Shown piece by piece: positions 1 to 13,503 of a stretch of 64,000 nucleotides of DNA. Positions within the stretch are counted from its first letter, which is position 1. Each line of letters starts with the position of its first letter. The notes beneath the pieces are model-generated. The model saw nothing but the letters and a program-made list of their open reading frames with translations. It searched no databases and was not told where the DNA came from. Made by a program: the position numbers and the translations under genes. The stretch is from Octopus vulgaris. Taxonomy: Eukaryota. Location of the stretch: contig OX597832.1 in the NCBI GenBank assembly GCA_951406725.2, forward strand, positions 42,222,001 to 42,286,000, read 5' to 3'.

Positions 1-140
1 TTGACTTCAGGTATTACCAGTGATCACTTGAAAATTTTCCATTAATTCTATATGAAACGTAGTAGAATGACACACAGCTTTTGTTTTATTTATTCACGTA
101 ATGTTTAAATTCTTTATCTTTAGCCGTTCTCGTTGCTTTA

Positions 141-569
141 TCTCTCTCTATATAAACGGCAGTTTGTCTGTCTGTGTGTCTGTGTGTCTGTCAGGTTGTA
201 CCCTCACCCTGACCACGGCTTTCAACCGATTCTCATGAAACTTGACACACACATAGCCCAATGTCATAATTCAAAACTAACGCAGCGAAAAGTTTGAAAA
301 GTTCCACCAGTTCTGAAAAAAAGTCGATAAATTCGACATGGGGTCGAGAATCTAAGCTTTTTATATGCAACACATTTTCTGTCTAGGGGACACAACTCGA
401 CCTTTTTATCGCCCAAAGGGACAGCTAGGAACATCGTATTCGAGTGAAGAGAAGACATTGCAACCTACACATGCGCCTTCGTTCTCTAGAGGGAAAGGAC
501 TAGACTGGGATTAGTCGTTGCCTACTAGGGGCTCTTACATACCCGGGCAACGCCGGGCTATGCTGCTAG
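141..569 (+). mobile_element. Non-autonomous Helitron (429 bp)
   Basis: Starts TC after A140. Ends with GC-rich hairpin CCCGG-gcaacg-CCGGG (542-557), then CTAG (566-569), then T570. A|T insertion with no TSD matches canonical Helitron termini. Confidence 0.85.
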
Positions 570-735
570 TTATAATTAAAACAGAGCTGATCGTCGTAGT
601 TCGCTCCCGAAAACAGTTGTGCGCTTTCCAACAGAGTTTCAAAGACTTTTATACATTAAGCTACATAATTATCAACTTCCAATATTGTTAAGCTTGAGAG
701 AGAATGGGAAGAAAGAGAGAGGAAGAAGAAATGGC

Positions 736-769
<34 letters not shown>

Positions 770-1181
770 CAGAGATAGAAATAGAGAGAGAATAAGGAGG
801 CATGGTGCTATTAATCGATAACTTGCCAAGTTTACAGTTTTAATACGTTTGAATTAATAACATCAAGATAATTCTGAAGATCTGAGCTGTTTTACAATTG
901 ATCGCAACATTAATTAATGGAGACATATAATGCGTAAAAAATATTTAACCTAGACATTATTGATTTTAATATTTAACTTTATTTATCTCAGATAAATTTT
1001 AATTGATTTTTCTTCTTGTTATGATTGATACATTACAATACTTCAATCCTTGTTTATACTTTTGATTATGTCGACATAATTAATACTTTCATTCTAAATA
1101 TTCTTTTTTTATTTACACTTTAGATTTATTTCCTTTCTTCAGACTTTTTACTTGGGTTGTCACACTTCTGCTTTTGAAAGG

Positions 1182-1182
<1 letters not shown>

Positions 1183-1238
<56 letters not shown>

Positions 1239-1263
1239 GTTATTGTTATTATTGTTGTTGTTG

Positions 1264-1336
<73 letters not shown>

Positions 1337-1365
1337 CATTATTATTATTATTATCATTATTATTA
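1183..1365. repeat. (ATT)n microsatellite with GTT/ATC interruptions
   Basis: Direct reading; source of the poly-I/L/N ORFs. Confidence 0.98.
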
Positions 1366-1369
1366 ACTA

Positions 1370-1558
1370 GGCGCAAGACTGGCTGTGTAGTAAGAAGCTT
1401 GCTTCCCAACCATATAATTTCGGGTTCAGTCCCACTGCGTGGCAAATGTCTTCTACTATAGCCTCGGGCCGACCAAAGCCTTGTGAGTGGAGTTGGTAGA
1501 TGGAAACTGAAAGAAGCTCGTCGTATACATATATATATATGCATATATATATATATAC

Positions 1559-1610
<52 letters not shown>

Positions 1611-1762
1611 CTTAACGGTTCGACAACTGAGACCGATAAAATAAGTACCAGGTTTTTTTTAAAAAATAAATACTGGGATCGATACATTCGACTAAAATTT
1701 TTTAAAGGCGGTGCCCCAGCATGGCCACAATCTAATGACTGGAACAAGTAAAAGAAAAAAGA
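1370..1762 (+). mobile_element. tRNA-headed SINE, family A, with internal (TA)n
   Basis: Head with A/B-box-like motifs (TGGCTGTGTAGTAAG; GGTTCAGTCCC) and shared 3' end ...CAGCATGGCC...GACTGGAACAAGTAAAAG. Matches copies at 18186 and 20144. Confidence 0.8.
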
Positions 1763-1984
1763 TGAAAGAATTGTTGAATTCTTCTTTCTCATACATTTTC
1801 GAAAATTTAACCTGTCTTTCCTACTTGGGATAATTTTTCGAATATATATTATTTAAATGTATATATTTTATGTTGCGTTTGTTATATCGTCTCAGTTTCT
1901 ATTAGTTTTCAATATTTTATTATTTCATTTGTATCTGTCACTGAACTGCAGTCATACTGGGGCACTGCCTTAAAGAGCCTAGTC

Positions 1985-2185
1985 CTATGGTTTTCAGCCA
2001 GGGTTTCGCCACTACAGTCCAGGGGTTCCGCAAGAAGTTACAAAACTGCTAAAATCGGCAGTAATTTTTAATTCTCCTGTGCAGATATGTGTGCATACGA
2101 CTATTAAATTATTGCACAGGGGTTCCTCGAGCCAGTTGAATGTTTCCTTGGGGTTCCGCTCCAGCAAAAAGGTTGAAAAGCACTG
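1985..2185 (-). mobile_element. hAT-like MITE (201 bp) inserted in a family A SINE fragment
   Basis: Perfect 8-bp TSD GCCTAGTC (1977-1984 and 2186-2193); TIR GGTTGAAAAGCACTG. Reverse complement of the copy at 59472-59672. Confidence 0.9.
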
Positions 2186-2635
2186 GCCTAGTCGATCAAG
2201 TTGGCCTCTAGTATTTAATTTAAGACTGCTTGGTATTTATTCTAAATATTTTTAAAAAATAAATGAAAGACCGAAATGACGCATAAAAAAGTCATGAAAA
2301 GTAATTCCTTTAGTAATGACTTCAGATAGGGTCGTTCAGATTATAAGGGAAGATTTTTACAAATTAGCAAGGGTCCTTAAGATCTACCACAACGCAAGTT
2401 CTTTGTTCTTTCGTGGACCACAAAGGCATCAATCAACAGTTACCTTAGGGAATATTTTAAATAAATACTCTTTTAGCTGAACCGCTGAGTTACGGAGATG
2501 GCAAATGATGACCAAAAACAAACATGTGCGCGCGCGCACACACACACACACACATTCATACATATACGCAACGGGATTTCGATTACTCTCCGTCAACAAA
2601 ATTCCGTCACAAGGCATTGATCAGCCTAGGGCTAT

Positions 2636-2789
2636 ATCTTTTATCTTTTACTTGTTCCAGTCATTAGACTTTTTTAAAGTCTGATACTTTCGGCGAACCA
2701 CTAAATTACAGGGACGTAAACAAACCAACACCAGTTGTCAAGCGGTGGTGGTGGTGGTGGTTATGGTGGGGGACAAACGCAAATATAAA

Positions 2790-2850
<61 letters not shown>

Positions 2851-3258
2851 ATACAACGAACTTCTTTTAGCTTCCATCTATCAAATTCACTCACAAGTAA
2901 TTTGGTTGGCCCGTGGCTATAATAGAAACCACTTGAAGGCGGCGAGCTGGCAGAATCGTTAGCCCGCCGGGCGAAATGCGTAGCCGTATTTCGTCTGCCG
3001 TTACGTTGTGAGTTCAAATTCCGCCGAGGTCGACTTTGCCTTTCATCCTTTCGGGGTTGATAAATAAAGTACCAGTTTCGCACTGGGGTTCGATATAATC
3101 GAATTAATCCCTTTGTCTGTTCTTGTTTGTCCCCACTATGTTTAGCCCGTTGTGGGCAATAAAGAAATATATAATAGAAACCACTTGCTCAAGGTGCCGC
3201 AGAGTGGGACTAAACCGGAGATCACATGGTTTAGAAAGAAGCTTCTTATCCACACAGC
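2636..3258 (-). mobile_element. Family A SINE interrupted by a family B SINE
   Basis: Family A homology on both sides of the 2936-3169 insert, with internal (CA)n. Confidence 0.75.
2936..3169 (+). mobile_element. tRNA-headed SINE, family B (GGCGGCGAGCTGGCAGAATCG...)
   Basis: B-box-like GAGTTCAAATTCC; 18-bp TSD TATAATAGAAACCACTTG at 2918-2935 and 3170-3187. Confidence 0.88.
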
Positions 3259-3399
3259 TACATCTATAAAAAAAAAAATAGCTTAAAGTGTGCCTGAACC
3301 CAAATGTTAATGGTCGTAAAACAGTTAACTTCTTAACCACACAGCTACGCCTCCGCCTCTGTAGACTTGACTCCAATTTCTCTTTTAATATTTGCACAT

Positions 3400-3618
3400 C
3401 ATATGTGTGTGTTTGTCCCCCTAGCATTGCTTGACAACCGATGCTGGTGTGTTTACATCCCCGTCACTTAGCGGTTCGGCAAAAGAGACTGATAGAATAA
3501 GTACTGGGCTTACAAAAAAGAATAAGTCCCGGGGTCGATTTGCTCGACTAAAGGCGGTGCTCCAGCATGGCCGCAGTCAAATGACTGAAACAAGTAAAAG
3601 AGTAAAAGAGTAAAAGAG
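3400..3618 (+). mobile_element. Family A SINE 3' half
   Basis: Close match to the reverse complement of 18186-18390; (AGTAAAAG)n tail. Confidence 0.8.
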
Positions 3619-3977
3619 ATATTGTTTACTTCTAAGTCTGGCTTAGTCTTGGTTGGCTTTTAGTTGTTACTTGTTTAATACGTAGCTACAGTATATAATA
3701 GATAATTGATTATTGAGTTGTTTATCACATTGTTCTAATTAGTCTCAAGGCTAAATGAACTGCGCTAATATCTTATTCTTTCAATTTGTAAAATAGATTA
3801 AATATCTTCCTTCTAATCAACTTTTCTCTTTAATTTCCGATTGCGTTGTGGCAGATCTTATTGACCCTTGTTAATTTTTGAAAACCTTCCCTTGTAATAT
3901 GAATGACCCCTGTCTGAAGTCATTACTGAAGGGCTGACCTATGACGAATTTTTTTAATGCATTATTTTGGTCTTCTA

Positions 3978-4320
3978 TTTCTTTTATCTTTTACCTGTTT
4001 CAGTCATTATACTGCGGCCATGCTGGGGCACCGACTTGAATTTTTAGTCGAACGACTCTTTTGTCGAACCGCTAAGATACGAGGACGTAAATACACCAAC
4101 AACGGTTGTCAAGCGGTGACGGGAGACAAACACAGACACTAAGACGCACACACACACATACACACACATTTATATATACAATGAGCTTCTTTCAGTTTCC
4201 GTCTACCAAATCCACTCACAAGGGTTTGGTAGAAGATTCTTGCCCAAGGTGGTACACTGTGAGACTGAACCCAGAGCCATGTGATTGGGAAGCAAGCTTC
4301 TTACCACATAGCCACGTCTG
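3978..4320 (-). mobile_element. Family A SINE, degraded
   Basis: Homology to 18186-18585 with internal deletions. Confidence 0.7.
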
Positions 4321-4880
4321 TCCCTTAAGGTAACTGTTGATTGGTGCCCTTGTGGTTCACGAAAGAACGAAGAATTTGTCGCGTCGTGAAACTTGCTAGA
4401 ATCTCCAACAAAATTTCTGTTGCTCAAATTTCACTCGACAATATTAAAACGGAACACATTGAATAATAATTTCAAATGTTGACGTAAGGCTTGCAATTTT
4501 AGTCAGTTGTATCAGCCCAGTGGTAGACTGGTACTTTATTTTATTGACCTCGGTAAGACGATAAACAAAGTTGACCTTGGCTGGATTTGACCTCGCTATC
4601 TAAAGAGCCAGAAGAAATGCCGTCCGACGTACTATAACTGTAATTGTGTAGCACAAAAGACCGTCCTAATTTATTAGACCTATGATAAAAGGAGTTCCAG
4701 TCATGACAACCCAGTCTTTTCTCAGACATTGCCCTATATGCCGGGCACTTTTTTTTAAGACAGTAGGTTGTAATATAATGTTTGGTTACTATTTGCAGTA
4801 GGTCATGCAACCATGTACAAGCTTCCTCATTAGATAACCTAAACAGTACTTTCCAAATTTGCCAAAATCAAAAGAAGCAG

Positions 4881-5630
<750 letters not shown>

Positions 5631-6319
5631 CATATATGCAAACATACAAACACTATATTGATGTTATTTGTTTACTGTTCCAATAGAAGTGTTTTAAGAT
5701 TGCACTATACTAACAATAAAGACTTGCTCTAGTAAGTAACGTGTGACAATCAATATATGACTATATTTACTAACCAAAACCATAAATACATATCTCACCC
5801 ACTCCTTTGATGGATTATTCATTAAAGGAGTAAACAGACATATTTATTGATTTCTAGGAAGTGACGACGTTCATGTCTTTCTTGAGGGCATTAAGGCTGT
5901 TCTTACTATCGGGATTGAAACCAGATGATTAACTTTAGGGCATCGGTAGTTTTCTGTTCTACTCTACTTGTTACTTTTCTACACATCCACATACACATGC
6001 AGACACCCGCACACACAGAGCATATTATGCATATATGCGTAATGTATGTGTTTCGTTTATGCGTTCATTAGCTGCGAGATAGCGTCAGGGAAGAAAAGTC
6101 CCTTCTAGAGGCTAAGTGTTAAAAAAAAACAAAAAAAAAACATCGACTATCTCAAACCAAGAAAGACATCTCGACACCCCCGTAGATGATTGAGAAAGAT
6201 GGATATCGATATTTCGCTGTTTTTGCAGTTCATCGGCATCATTTACTCCAGTCATCTAAACACGAATTGGACTCGCTGGTCTGAGAGATATACACAAATA
6301 ATGTAGAATATGAATCTTT

Positions 6320-6710
6320 TCTGTTAGGTTGCACCTGTGGAAATTTCAAAGTTTACTGAAAATTTTAAAATTTGGTGTATTGATGTAATTTTCCACGCTG
6401 AATCTTTGGGGCTAATTCACTTTTTCTAGAAAATAAAAAAAAAAAAAAAGTTACAGAGGTATAAAGTTTGATCATTTTTAGTCTGTCAGAAAACAGGATT
6501 TCGAAGCTGTCATTTTGACAGGCATGAATGTGTCTGTGGCTTACGATTGGCTAAAATTAACCAAAATTTGCTAACTTTAAAAGCTATTAAACTTTTTATT
6601 TATTGATTTATGGCAAAAAGGAATTTCCCGTCAATGATTAGCATAGAAAACTCCATCATTACACCTAATATGAATTCAATTTCAGGATGGAAAGCTTATA
6701 AAATGAGTTT
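6320..6710. mobile_element. Old MITE-like element with subterminal inverted repeats
   Basis: 6368-6405 (TTTGGTGTATTGATGTAATTTTCCACGCTGAATC) is an imperfect reverse complement of 6635-6670. Ends not resolved. Confidence 0.4.
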
Positions 6711-6743
6711 CTCGTATCTTCTGTAACGTTTCTCTGCCTGCAG

Positions 6744-6746
6744 TCG

Positions 6747-6790
<44 letters not shown>

Positions 6791-6870
6791 AGCAGCGTCA
6801 TTGACGTCGTCGTCGTCCTCCCTTCTAGTCCCCCTCCTCCTCCTTAACCTCTCCTCCTCCTCCTCCTCCT
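6744..6870. repeat. Compound trinucleotide tract (TCA)n(GCA)n(TCG)n(TCC)n
   Basis: Direct reading. Confidence 0.9.
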
Positions 6871-7191
6871 TGGCATCACCGTACTCCTCCACAGCTCTGC
6901 TTATCTGTTCTCTGAAAGAGGCCTCTCATTATAAATGACAGAGGAGTGGAAAAAAAAAAATTCATGAGGCTTCATTTGAAAAATCACTGAGGCCCTGCTC
7001 TGTTTCCGCATACGCACCAGCCCCCACCTCTCTCTCTTTCCCTCTTTCTGGACTAAAAATCGATATTTTCAACTATAAGCGACCCATTATAATAAATAGA
7101 AACTGCGATATTTTAGGGTATGACATGATTCTCCATATAGATGAATGAGATGCGTCTGCCGTTTCAAATGTCGAAGAGAGAGAAAGAGAAA

Positions 7192-7250
<59 letters not shown>

Positions 7251-7423
7251 TGTGGTGGGTGTTTCAAACGTAACTCCGAGCTAAATATTCACACGGATCA
7301 CGTGTCTGTTCTTTATTGATAGGAAATGTTGATATTTCAATGTCGGAAGACCTTGATTTCTCTGTATACTTCTGTCTTTGATATTGTTTCCGTGTCTCAG
7401 TTTCTTCTGTGTCAATGACTTAC

Positions 7424-8178
<755 letters not shown>

Positions 8179-9736
8179 TTCTGAACTGCTTCGCTGCAGT
8201 TTGTTTATGTAGTTTGATCTCTTTATCCATCAGTTTCTAGTAAGATAGATACGGGATTAAAATTACTAATAGAGAAACGGAAATAAAATTTTGGAAGCAG
8301 CAACGCCACCATAGGTTACGGGAAAACCATGAACGTGTTTTCAAGGGAGATAACAAGAGAAAGACTTCAAACAACGTAACATTGTAATACTTCATGTAAA
8401 GTAAATATAACAAATGAAAAATCTTTCAAGAACCCATAAAAATTCCCGAATCACTACCAAAATCTCAACACCTGTTTCTTGTGTCATTACCAACGTTTCC
8501 TGCAAGTGCCCACGTATTGGTGTGTGCATGTGTGTGTGTATCACTGCAACTCTATGAATGTATGAATGTGTATATTTTTCATCAATGTGTCTTTCAAAGT
8601 ATGTAAACATCGGGGAAAAAATTTTATAAGACTTGTGTTCTTTGAACGAAGTCCTTTACGATATTTGTTTAACACCGTGTTATCGACACTCCCTTGTGAT
8701 GACCTGTGATGAGGTCCGTCGGAAACTTGAACCAGCAAAGCTACTGTTCACCGTTTACGATTATCAATGAATAAACAGGGTACATTATCTTTATGCATGG
8801 TTTATCTGAAGCAGTTTGGTTTGATTTGAGGGAGGTTTGACAACAATGTCTTGTCGGACAAATGACCAAGTATGGGATGTCTTGCGTTTATAACTGATAG
8901 TGAAACCCCAAAACACTTAAAACGTTGAAAAGCTATATTTTTGGTTGAGTAGCTGTTTATAATATTCTGTGTGTGTATTAGAAAGTAAAGCAAAATAGGA
9001 AATTTATTTGCAAGTAAGGTTTCAATGTCAAATGTGTTCTTCCCCTTTTCAAGATGATAAGGTATGATCTGAAGGAAATTCAGCTGTTATTTCTAGTAGG
9101 GTGAGTAACCATATAGAAGCTCCCTAGTCGACCCGACAAATTGCATGTTTCATGCCAATGTCAGAAATTCCTATGCTATAGCACCCTTCCCACACTCTCC
9201 TCTGGATTGCGCCAGTTGATATTTTCGAAACCATTTCCATTGATACTCAAATTGCATCATTGGCCTTTCATGGTATTTTTTTTCCACCTTTATTCCTTTT
9301 CTGCTTGTGCTTATTTGTACCGACAATTTAAGAGTATAGCATTTATGACATTTAAACTTGGTAGTGTTTAGCAAAGGGACAACTGAAAAGAATGATTTGA
9401 TCAACTGGATAATAAAAAAAAAACGACACTTTAAAAGATCATCTATGAACAGGAAGTACCAGTATTAAAGCATACCAAAGTATTCTGTGAAAGGAATGTC
9501 TCAAGTATTTCCTGTATTGATAAAAGTCGCCAAAAACAAGTAATTTACTAGCTGTTAATCCGAGAAAGAGTAACCAGAACCTAACAAATCCATGGGCCCA
9601 ACGTTGGTTTGGAGAGAAAGTGATATGTTTAATAAAATTCGTAAAAAAACGTGGCAGTGTCTATGTATGTATGTATGTATGTATGTATGTATGTATGTAT
9701 GTATGTATGTATGTATGTATGTATGTATGTATGTAT

Positions 9737-10013
9737 GGCTAGATATAAATGTCATCATCATCGTTTGATGTCTGCTTTCCTTGCTGGCATGGGCTGGATG
9801 GTTTGACTGGGGTCTGGCGAGCCAGATGGCTGCACCGGATTCCGGTCTGATCTGGCAGTGTTTCTGCAGCTGGATGCCCTTCCTAGCGCCGGCCGCTCCG
9901 AGAGTGTAGTGGGTGCTTTTACGTGCCACCAGCACGAGGGCCAGTCAGGCAGTACTGGCCGGATTAGATTATTTTATGCGCAACTCCATTGTCTCCCAAG
10001 ACAAAAATGATGC

Positions 10014-10081
<68 letters not shown>

Positions 10082-10118
10082 AATATATATAAATAAAAGC
10101 ATATAAATATATAATATA

Positions 10119-10179
<61 letters not shown>

Positions 10180-11197
10180 ACACAAATATATATATATGGC
10201 ATGTAAAAAGCACCATCCGAACGTGGCCGATGCTAGCACGGGTCTGACTGGCTTCTGTGCCGGTGGCACGTAAAACGCACTAACCGATCGTGGTCGCTGC
10301 CAGCCTGCCTTGGCAATTGTGCCGGTGGCACGTAAAAGGCACCCACTACACTCACGGAGTCGCTGGCGTTGGGAGGGGCATCCTGCTGTAGAGGCACTGC
10401 CAGATCGGACTGGAGCCTGGTGCAGCCTCCTGGCTTCCCAGACCCCGGTCGAACCGTCCAGGCCGTGCTAGCACGGAAGGCGGACGTTGAACGATGATGA
10501 TGATGATGATATATATATATATATATATATATATTTACACACACACAAACACACACATATATATATATATCTTTGGCTAGATATAAATATCATCATCATC
10601 GGTTGATGTCTTCTTTCCGTTCTGGCATGGGCTGGATGGTTTGACTGAGGTCTGGCGAACCAGATGGCTGCACCAGATTCCGGTCTGCTCTGGCAGAGTT
10701 TCTTCAGCTGGATGCCCTTCCTAGCGCCAGCCACTCTGAGGGTGTAGCGGGTGCTTTAACGTGCCACCGGCACGAGGGCCAGTCAGGCTGTACTGGCAAC
10801 GGCCACGCTCAAATGGTGCTTTTTATGTGCAACCTGCACAGGAGCCAGTTCAGCGGCACTGGCAATGATATCGCTCGAATGTTTTGTTCTCGTGCCACCA
10901 GCACAAGTGCTAGTGAGGCGACGCAGGTAATTATCACGCTAGAATGGTGTTTTTTCTGTGCCATCGACCCGGAGGCCAGCTTGTTGCTCTGGTAACAATC
11001 ACGCTCATATGGTTCTCTTAGCGCTCCACTAGCACGGATGCCAGTCAGCGATTTTGATTTTGATTTCAAGGCTATATATATAACTATATATATATATATA
11101 CATCATACGCACACGTTTCGTGAGGTCCAGTGCCTACATATGCATATATTTATATATATATATATTATAGATGTATGTACATATATGTATGTATATA

Positions 11198-11261
<64 letters not shown>

Positions 11262-12053
11262 TAAATATAAAATGGGACAAGAACGCAAAAAACAAAACAT
11301 AAATATATATAAAAACACATAAATAAATATATATACGATACAAGGATGTTTGCAAAAGGGACATGAAGGCCTGCAACATAAATATTAGCAACTGGGAAGC
11401 AATTGCCAGCAACTGTGGAGATTGGCGACATACCGTAAAGGAGGGAATACAAATGAGTGACAGAGAGGGAGAGAGAGAGGAGAAATGGAAAGACAAGAAA
11501 AGACGTCAACAAGAAACTATGACATTACAACCAGCCAGGCACCTGCCAGAGGGAGTGTTTGTCCAGGATAGGACTACACAGCCACAGCAGGAGATGTATT
11601 AGGACATGAAATGTAAAAGCCGGACTAGATTATTTTATGCGCAACTCCATTGTCTCCCAAGACAAAAATGATGCGAACAACAATATATTTATATATATAA
11701 ACACACACATATATATATATGGCATGTAAAAAGCACCATCCGAACGTGGCCCATGCCAGCACCGGCTTGACTGGCTTCTGTGCCAGTGGCATGTAAAAAG
11801 CACTAACCGATCGTGACCGCTGCCAGCCTGCCCTGGCACCTGTGCCGATGGCACGTAAAAGGCACCCACTACACTCACGGGTTGGTTGGCGTTGGGAGGG
11901 GCATCCTGCTGTAGAGGCCTTGCTAGATCGGACTGGAGCTTGGTGCATCCTCCTGGCTTCCCAGACCCCGGTCGAACCGTCCAGGCCGTGCTAGCACGGA
12001 AGGCGGACGTTGAACGATGATGATGGTGATGATGATGATATATATATATATTT

Positions 12054-12085
<32 letters not shown>

Positions 12086-12350
12086 ATCTTTGGCTAGATA
12101 TAAATATCATCATCATCGTTTGATGTCTGCTTTCCGTGCTGGCATGGGCTGGATGGTTTGACTGGGGTCTGGCGAACCAGATGGCTGCACCGGATTCCGG
12201 TCTGCTCTGGCAGAGATTCTGCAGCTGGATGCCCTTCCTAGCGCCAGCCACCCCGAGGGTGTAGTGGGTGCTTTTACGTGCCACCAGCACGAGGGCCAGT
12301 CAGGCAGTACTGGCAACGGCCACGCTCAAATGGTGCTTTTTATGTGCTAC
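9737..12350. mobile_element. Cluster of five family C retroposon copies ((GAT)n-tailed) in a local duplication
   Basis: Copies at ~9752-9958, 10197-10510 (opposite), 10590-11070, 11720-12040 (opposite) and 12107-12346. Shared core CTGGATGCCCTTCCTA.CGCC..CCAC.CCG.GAGTGTAGTGGGTGCTTTTACGTGCCACC. Confidence 0.85.
11335..11683 (+). mobile_element. RTE-clade LINE 3' end (ORF C-terminus plus 3' UTR), frameshifted
   Basis: Translates RYKDVCKRDMKACNINISNWEAIA...WRHTVKEG and, in another frame, TCQRECLSRIGLHSHSRRC. Both are typical RTE ORF C-terminal motifs, followed by CCATTGTCTCCCAAGACA and a short (CAA)n tail. Confidence 0.8.
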
Positions 12351-12351
12351 T

Positions 12352-12900
12352 GGTAACATGTAACCCAGTACAACCTGTTGCATTGTCGGGTCATCGGCGA
12401 CTAAACCGGCAACCCCACCAAGCTTGCTTGGTGAGGAGGGTGATTATTGGACACCCTGTGGGATGAAAAACAAAGCCCATCAAAGGGCGGAGGAACTCTT
12501 GAGAGTCAACGGCCATCCAATAAAAGTGTAATTTTTTTTTTCTTATGGCTTAAGGCTGTATCCTGCGCGGGGACATAGAAATAATCGGACTGAATACCCG
12601 ATCGCGCGGTTAAACCATTGGGAATGAAGGACTCCTAGCCTTTGTTGGGGCATCCTTCTAGGAGAAGGTAACTCAGGTAACTGGGATAACTCCGACATAA
12701 AACCTGCGGCTCAGTTGTTACCGATGATGTCGACTTGTTCTTCTTTTCGGATTATGGCTGCTGTTGCTCAGTGAGTGGGATTGACTCAGTGCACAGCCTC
12801 TCCTCACTTTAAAAAAAATCTTCTTGCACAGGCATTGCACGATAACATTGTTCATGATTGTTGATAGTGCTGTGAGTCTCAACTGAATGGCTGGCTGTGG
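12352..12900 (+). mobile_element. Probable RTE-clade LINE 5' UTR fragment
   Basis: Contains CTAGGAGAAGGTAACTC...AAACC and CTCCTCACTTTAAAAAAAATC...GCACAGGC, which I recognise as resembling RTE 5' UTRs; several short hairpins. Confidence 0.5.
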
Positions 12901-13175
12901 CCTTAAAAAGCAAATAAAAGTCACATTCGATCACAGCACCAATAACAGTTGAGCTTCGTGCAATGGCCATACTCGATAACGAGGGGGCAGCCATCGTGTA
13001 TGTATATATGTATGTATGCTCTCTTTTACTCGTTAATTTTGACCGACCCCCTTCTTGGTAGAAAGGTTGTGAAGGAAAGTATTTTGTTTTAACCATCATC
13101 CTTTAAATCTTAAGGGGATCTTGCAAATTTTTATAGTCCCAGATATCGCGATCAATTGTAGCAGATGAATTAATT

Positions 13176-13177
<2 letters not shown>

Positions 13178-13243
<66 letters not shown>

Positions 13244-13365
13244 TGTGTGTGTGTTTGTGTGTGTGTATGTGTGTTCGTGTGTTTGTTTGTGTGTGTGTGT
13301 GTGTGTTTGTTTGTGTGTGTTTGTGTGTGTGTGTGTGTGTGTTTGTGTGTTTGTGTGTGTGTGTT

Positions 13366-13408
<43 letters not shown>

Positions 13409-13417
13409 TTGTGTGTT

Positions 13418-13464
<47 letters not shown>

Positions 13465-13469
13465 TTGTT

Positions 13470-13500
<31 letters not shown>

Positions 13501-13503
13501 GTG
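13178..13503. repeat. Imperfect (GT)n microsatellite, ~325 bp
   Basis: Direct reading. Confidence 0.98.

Noticed and set aside
1370-1445. tRNA gene at SINE heads (also 2938, 52717, 58429)
   Set aside because: A/B-box-like motifs only; no complete cloverleaf, and each continues into a SINE body.
8690-8735. TGATGA...GAAAC motif
   Set aside because: Lacks C3 and has unpaired sequence before GAAA; no coherent hammerhead fold.
9555-12466. Repeated similar ORFs (e.g. PESGAAIWFARPQSNHPAHA) suggesting a gene family
   Set aside because: They arise from family C retroposon copies; frames are not preserved between copies.
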